Shown here piece after piece: positions 7,900-9,480 of a stretch of DNA of 9,480 bases. The position numbers and the translations under genes were made by a program. The stretch lies in the NCBI GenBank assembly GCA_051294375.1, contig JBJCIZ010001313.1:1-9480 (forward strand). Direction: 5' to 3'. The DNA comes from Paraspadella gotoi (lineage: Eukaryota > Animalia > Chaetognatha). Under the pieces are notes generated by a model. That model made no database searches, was not told the DNA's origin, and saw nothing but the letters and a program-made list of their open reading frames with translations. Positions within the stretch are counted from its first letter, which is position 1. Each line of letters starts with the position of its first letter.

Positions 7900-8030
7900 G
7901 GAGGCGCTAAATTTCGCCCGCCTCCACTCCCCGCCTCCCGAGACCCCCCTCGCCTCCGGTTTTGCGTTCGCCTCTCATTATTTTAGCCCGGATCGCCTCC
8001 GCGTTCGCCTCTTTAACGCCTCCGGCTTTT
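7900..8030. repeat. Cluster of CGCCTC hexamers (7 forward, 1 inverted)
   Basis: CGCCTC starts at 7919, 7932, 7951, 7969, 7994, 8006 and 8017; GAGGCG at 7901. The higher-order unit TCGCCTCC..GCGTTCGCCTCT occurs twice (7950-7975, 7993-8012). Confidence 0.85.
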
Positions 8031-8134
8031 TGTTAAAAAAATTATTATAGTTTTGTATTTTATATTATTTTTTTAATATCAGAACAATGGGTCATGAAAA
8101 AAAATATATTTTAAACAATTTTTGCAAGACATTT

Positions 8135-8184
<50 letters not shown>
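8135..8184. repeat. (GA)n microsatellite, imperfect
   Basis: About 25 dinucleotide units of GA with two GAAA interruptions, followed by a purine-rich tail to ~8250. Confidence 0.97.
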
Positions 8185-8253
8185 TAGAATGAAAGAGAAA
8201 AAAAGATAAGAGATAAAGGATAAAGCTTCAAAAAAACTTAGGAAAAGATATAT

Positions 8254-8283
8254 TGAGAATAAGGACAGCTGAGAATAAGGACA
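8254..8283. repeat. 14-bp direct duplication TGAGAATAAGGACA
   Basis: Identical copies at 8254-8267 and 8270-8283, separated by GC. Confidence 0.9.
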
Positions 8284-8344
8284 AGATTTATTCTTATATG
8301 ACTTTATTTAATTCTTTTATTTTTAATTCTTCTTATTAAAATAA

Positions 8345-9480
8345 ATATTATGTTACTTCCAGAATAATTGTTTCCTTTTATATTATTGGCATGAAAAGAC
8401 CAATCAAACTTTAACTACTAAATCTTCTGCCAAAATCATGACTCTGAAACAAATAATTATCAACAACTATGGTCTGGAAATCTATCAGAGTTTTCAAGAA
8501 TTTGAAAAGACAAAGATAAAATTATCTCATTTAAATAATGACATAACCTTTCTAATAAACTGTAGAAATAAGAATGTTATTCCCTTTGGCTTAAGAATCA
8601 AGTCTCCTGTTCATGACCCTTCTCAAAAAATTAACAATATTCTACAAAAATGCAATTTCAAAATACTCCAAGAAAGAATTCAAAATGCAAGAAAACAAAA
8701 ATCTATAAATCTGAAAAAATGGACTAAACTCAACCATGATTTAAAACATATTTTATCTCCAAGTGATTTTTATTTTCTAAACCAAAAATCCAATGAAAAA
8801 AGTAAATCAATTTTTAATAAAGTACAAAAAACTCAAAAGAAAAAACTTGTTAATCTTAACAAAGAAAAAGAAAATGAAGAAAATGAAAGAATAAAAATAA
8901 TAAATGAAGAAAGACAAAAAGTTCTTGGTGAAACAGTAAAAAAGTTAGACAATCTTCCAATGAATGAATCTGAAAAACTAATTCTTGGATATTATGGCCC
9001 TAATTTTAATATTGCTCCCAAACAAATTCCTTGGAAAGAAATCATAGCTAGTGCTCAAGCAATCTCTCATAAACTTTCTCTAGAAGATTCAAAGAATTTC
9101 AGAACACAAATTTGTGATCTCATCTGCAATGCAAAACCTCCAACTCCAAACCTTCCTTATAACCTTCATCAGCAATTAAAATCAATGAAAAAGGATAAAA
9201 CTTTTGTTTATGGCTCTTTTGATAAAGGTAATGGGATGTGGCGTATGACAAGGGAAATGTATGAACAAAAATGTAATGAAGAATTTCATAGTTTGGATTC
9301 TAATGGTAATCCCCGTTATGAAAAACTAGATTTAGATCCAACCCCAAAAATAAAAGGAAAAATAAAATATAGGCTAAATAAATCAAAAGCTGATTCCAAA
9401 CTAAGAAATGAATTGAGTGGTGATCGAGGTATTGCTCCAAGGGTTTATGGCCAAGTAAAAGTTCATAAAGAGAATTATCC
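8345..9480 (+). mobile_element. Penelope-like retroelement (PLE), 5' part; true 5' boundary unknown
   Basis: Contains the PLE ORF below. The reading frame is open from 8345 (after TAA 8342-8344). A-rich, CpG-poor composition distinct from the BEL element. Confidence 0.85.
8438..9480 (+). CDS. Penelope-like element reverse transcriptase polyprotein, N-terminal 347 aa (open at the window end)
   Basis: Uninterrupted frame MTLKQIIINNYG..ITFLINCRNKNVIPFGL..LILGYYGPNFNIAPKQIP..PTPNL..SFDKGNG (DKG at 9221-9229)..YEKLDLDPT..APRVYGQVKVHKENYP. FLxxC....P.GL, G.NF, DKG, Y.....DPT and P..YG..K.HK...P are hallmark PLE motifs upstream of and at RT motif 1. Absent from the ORF track because no stop falls in the window. 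Confidence 0.93.
   Translation, partial: MTLKQIIINNYGLEIYQSFQEFEKTKIKLSHLNNDITFLINCRNKNVIPFGLRIKSPVHDPSQKINNILQKCNFKILQERIQNARKQKSINLKKWTKLNHDLKHILSPSDFYFLNQKSNEKSKSIFNKVQKTQKKKLVNLNKEKENEENERIKIINEERQKVLGETVKKLDNLPMNESEKLILGYYGPNFNIAPKQIPWKEIIASAQAISHKLSLEDSKNFRTQICDLICNAKPPTPNLPYNLHQQLKSMKKDKTFVYGSFDKGNGMWRMTREMYEQKCNEEFHSLDSNGNPRYEKLDLDPTPKIKGKIKYRLNKSKADSKLRNELSGDRGIAPRVYGQVKVHKENY

Noticed and set aside
7891-7906. CAGGATGCTGG as a hAT-like TIR start
   Set aside because: No matching inverted copy in the window, and the CA is equally explained as the LTR terminus.

Overview
Eukaryotic (probably invertebrate) transposon-rich DNA with no recognisable host gene. Positions 1-2007 (+) are the heavily frameshifted RNase H and integrase part of a BEL/Pao (Belpaoviridae) LTR-retrotransposon pol. 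It is followed by an unusually long (~5 kb) post-pol region with two parts. The first is a decayed ~500-codon accessory ORF that does not look like env (2803-4326, +), with an RKGRRRRR patch, a coiled-coil-like segment and an RG-rich tail. The second is a T-rich noncoding tract packed with stem-loops. That tract includes five dispersed copies of one hairpin with an invariant core and co-varying outer stem (4939-5164) and a ~450-nt long-range-paired domain (6438-6891). A candidate PPT and ~850-bp 3' LTR (7033-7892) close the element. After a CGCCTC-motif cluster and a (GA)n microsatellite, an uninterrupted, CpG-depleted Penelope-like element RT ORF starts at 8438 and runs off the window; it is missing from the supplied ORF track. 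The most interesting hypothesis is a Rev/RRE-like (RNA-binding protein plus cis-RNA element) module in a BEL retrotransposon. All pairings and translations were read by eye; none were computed or searched.
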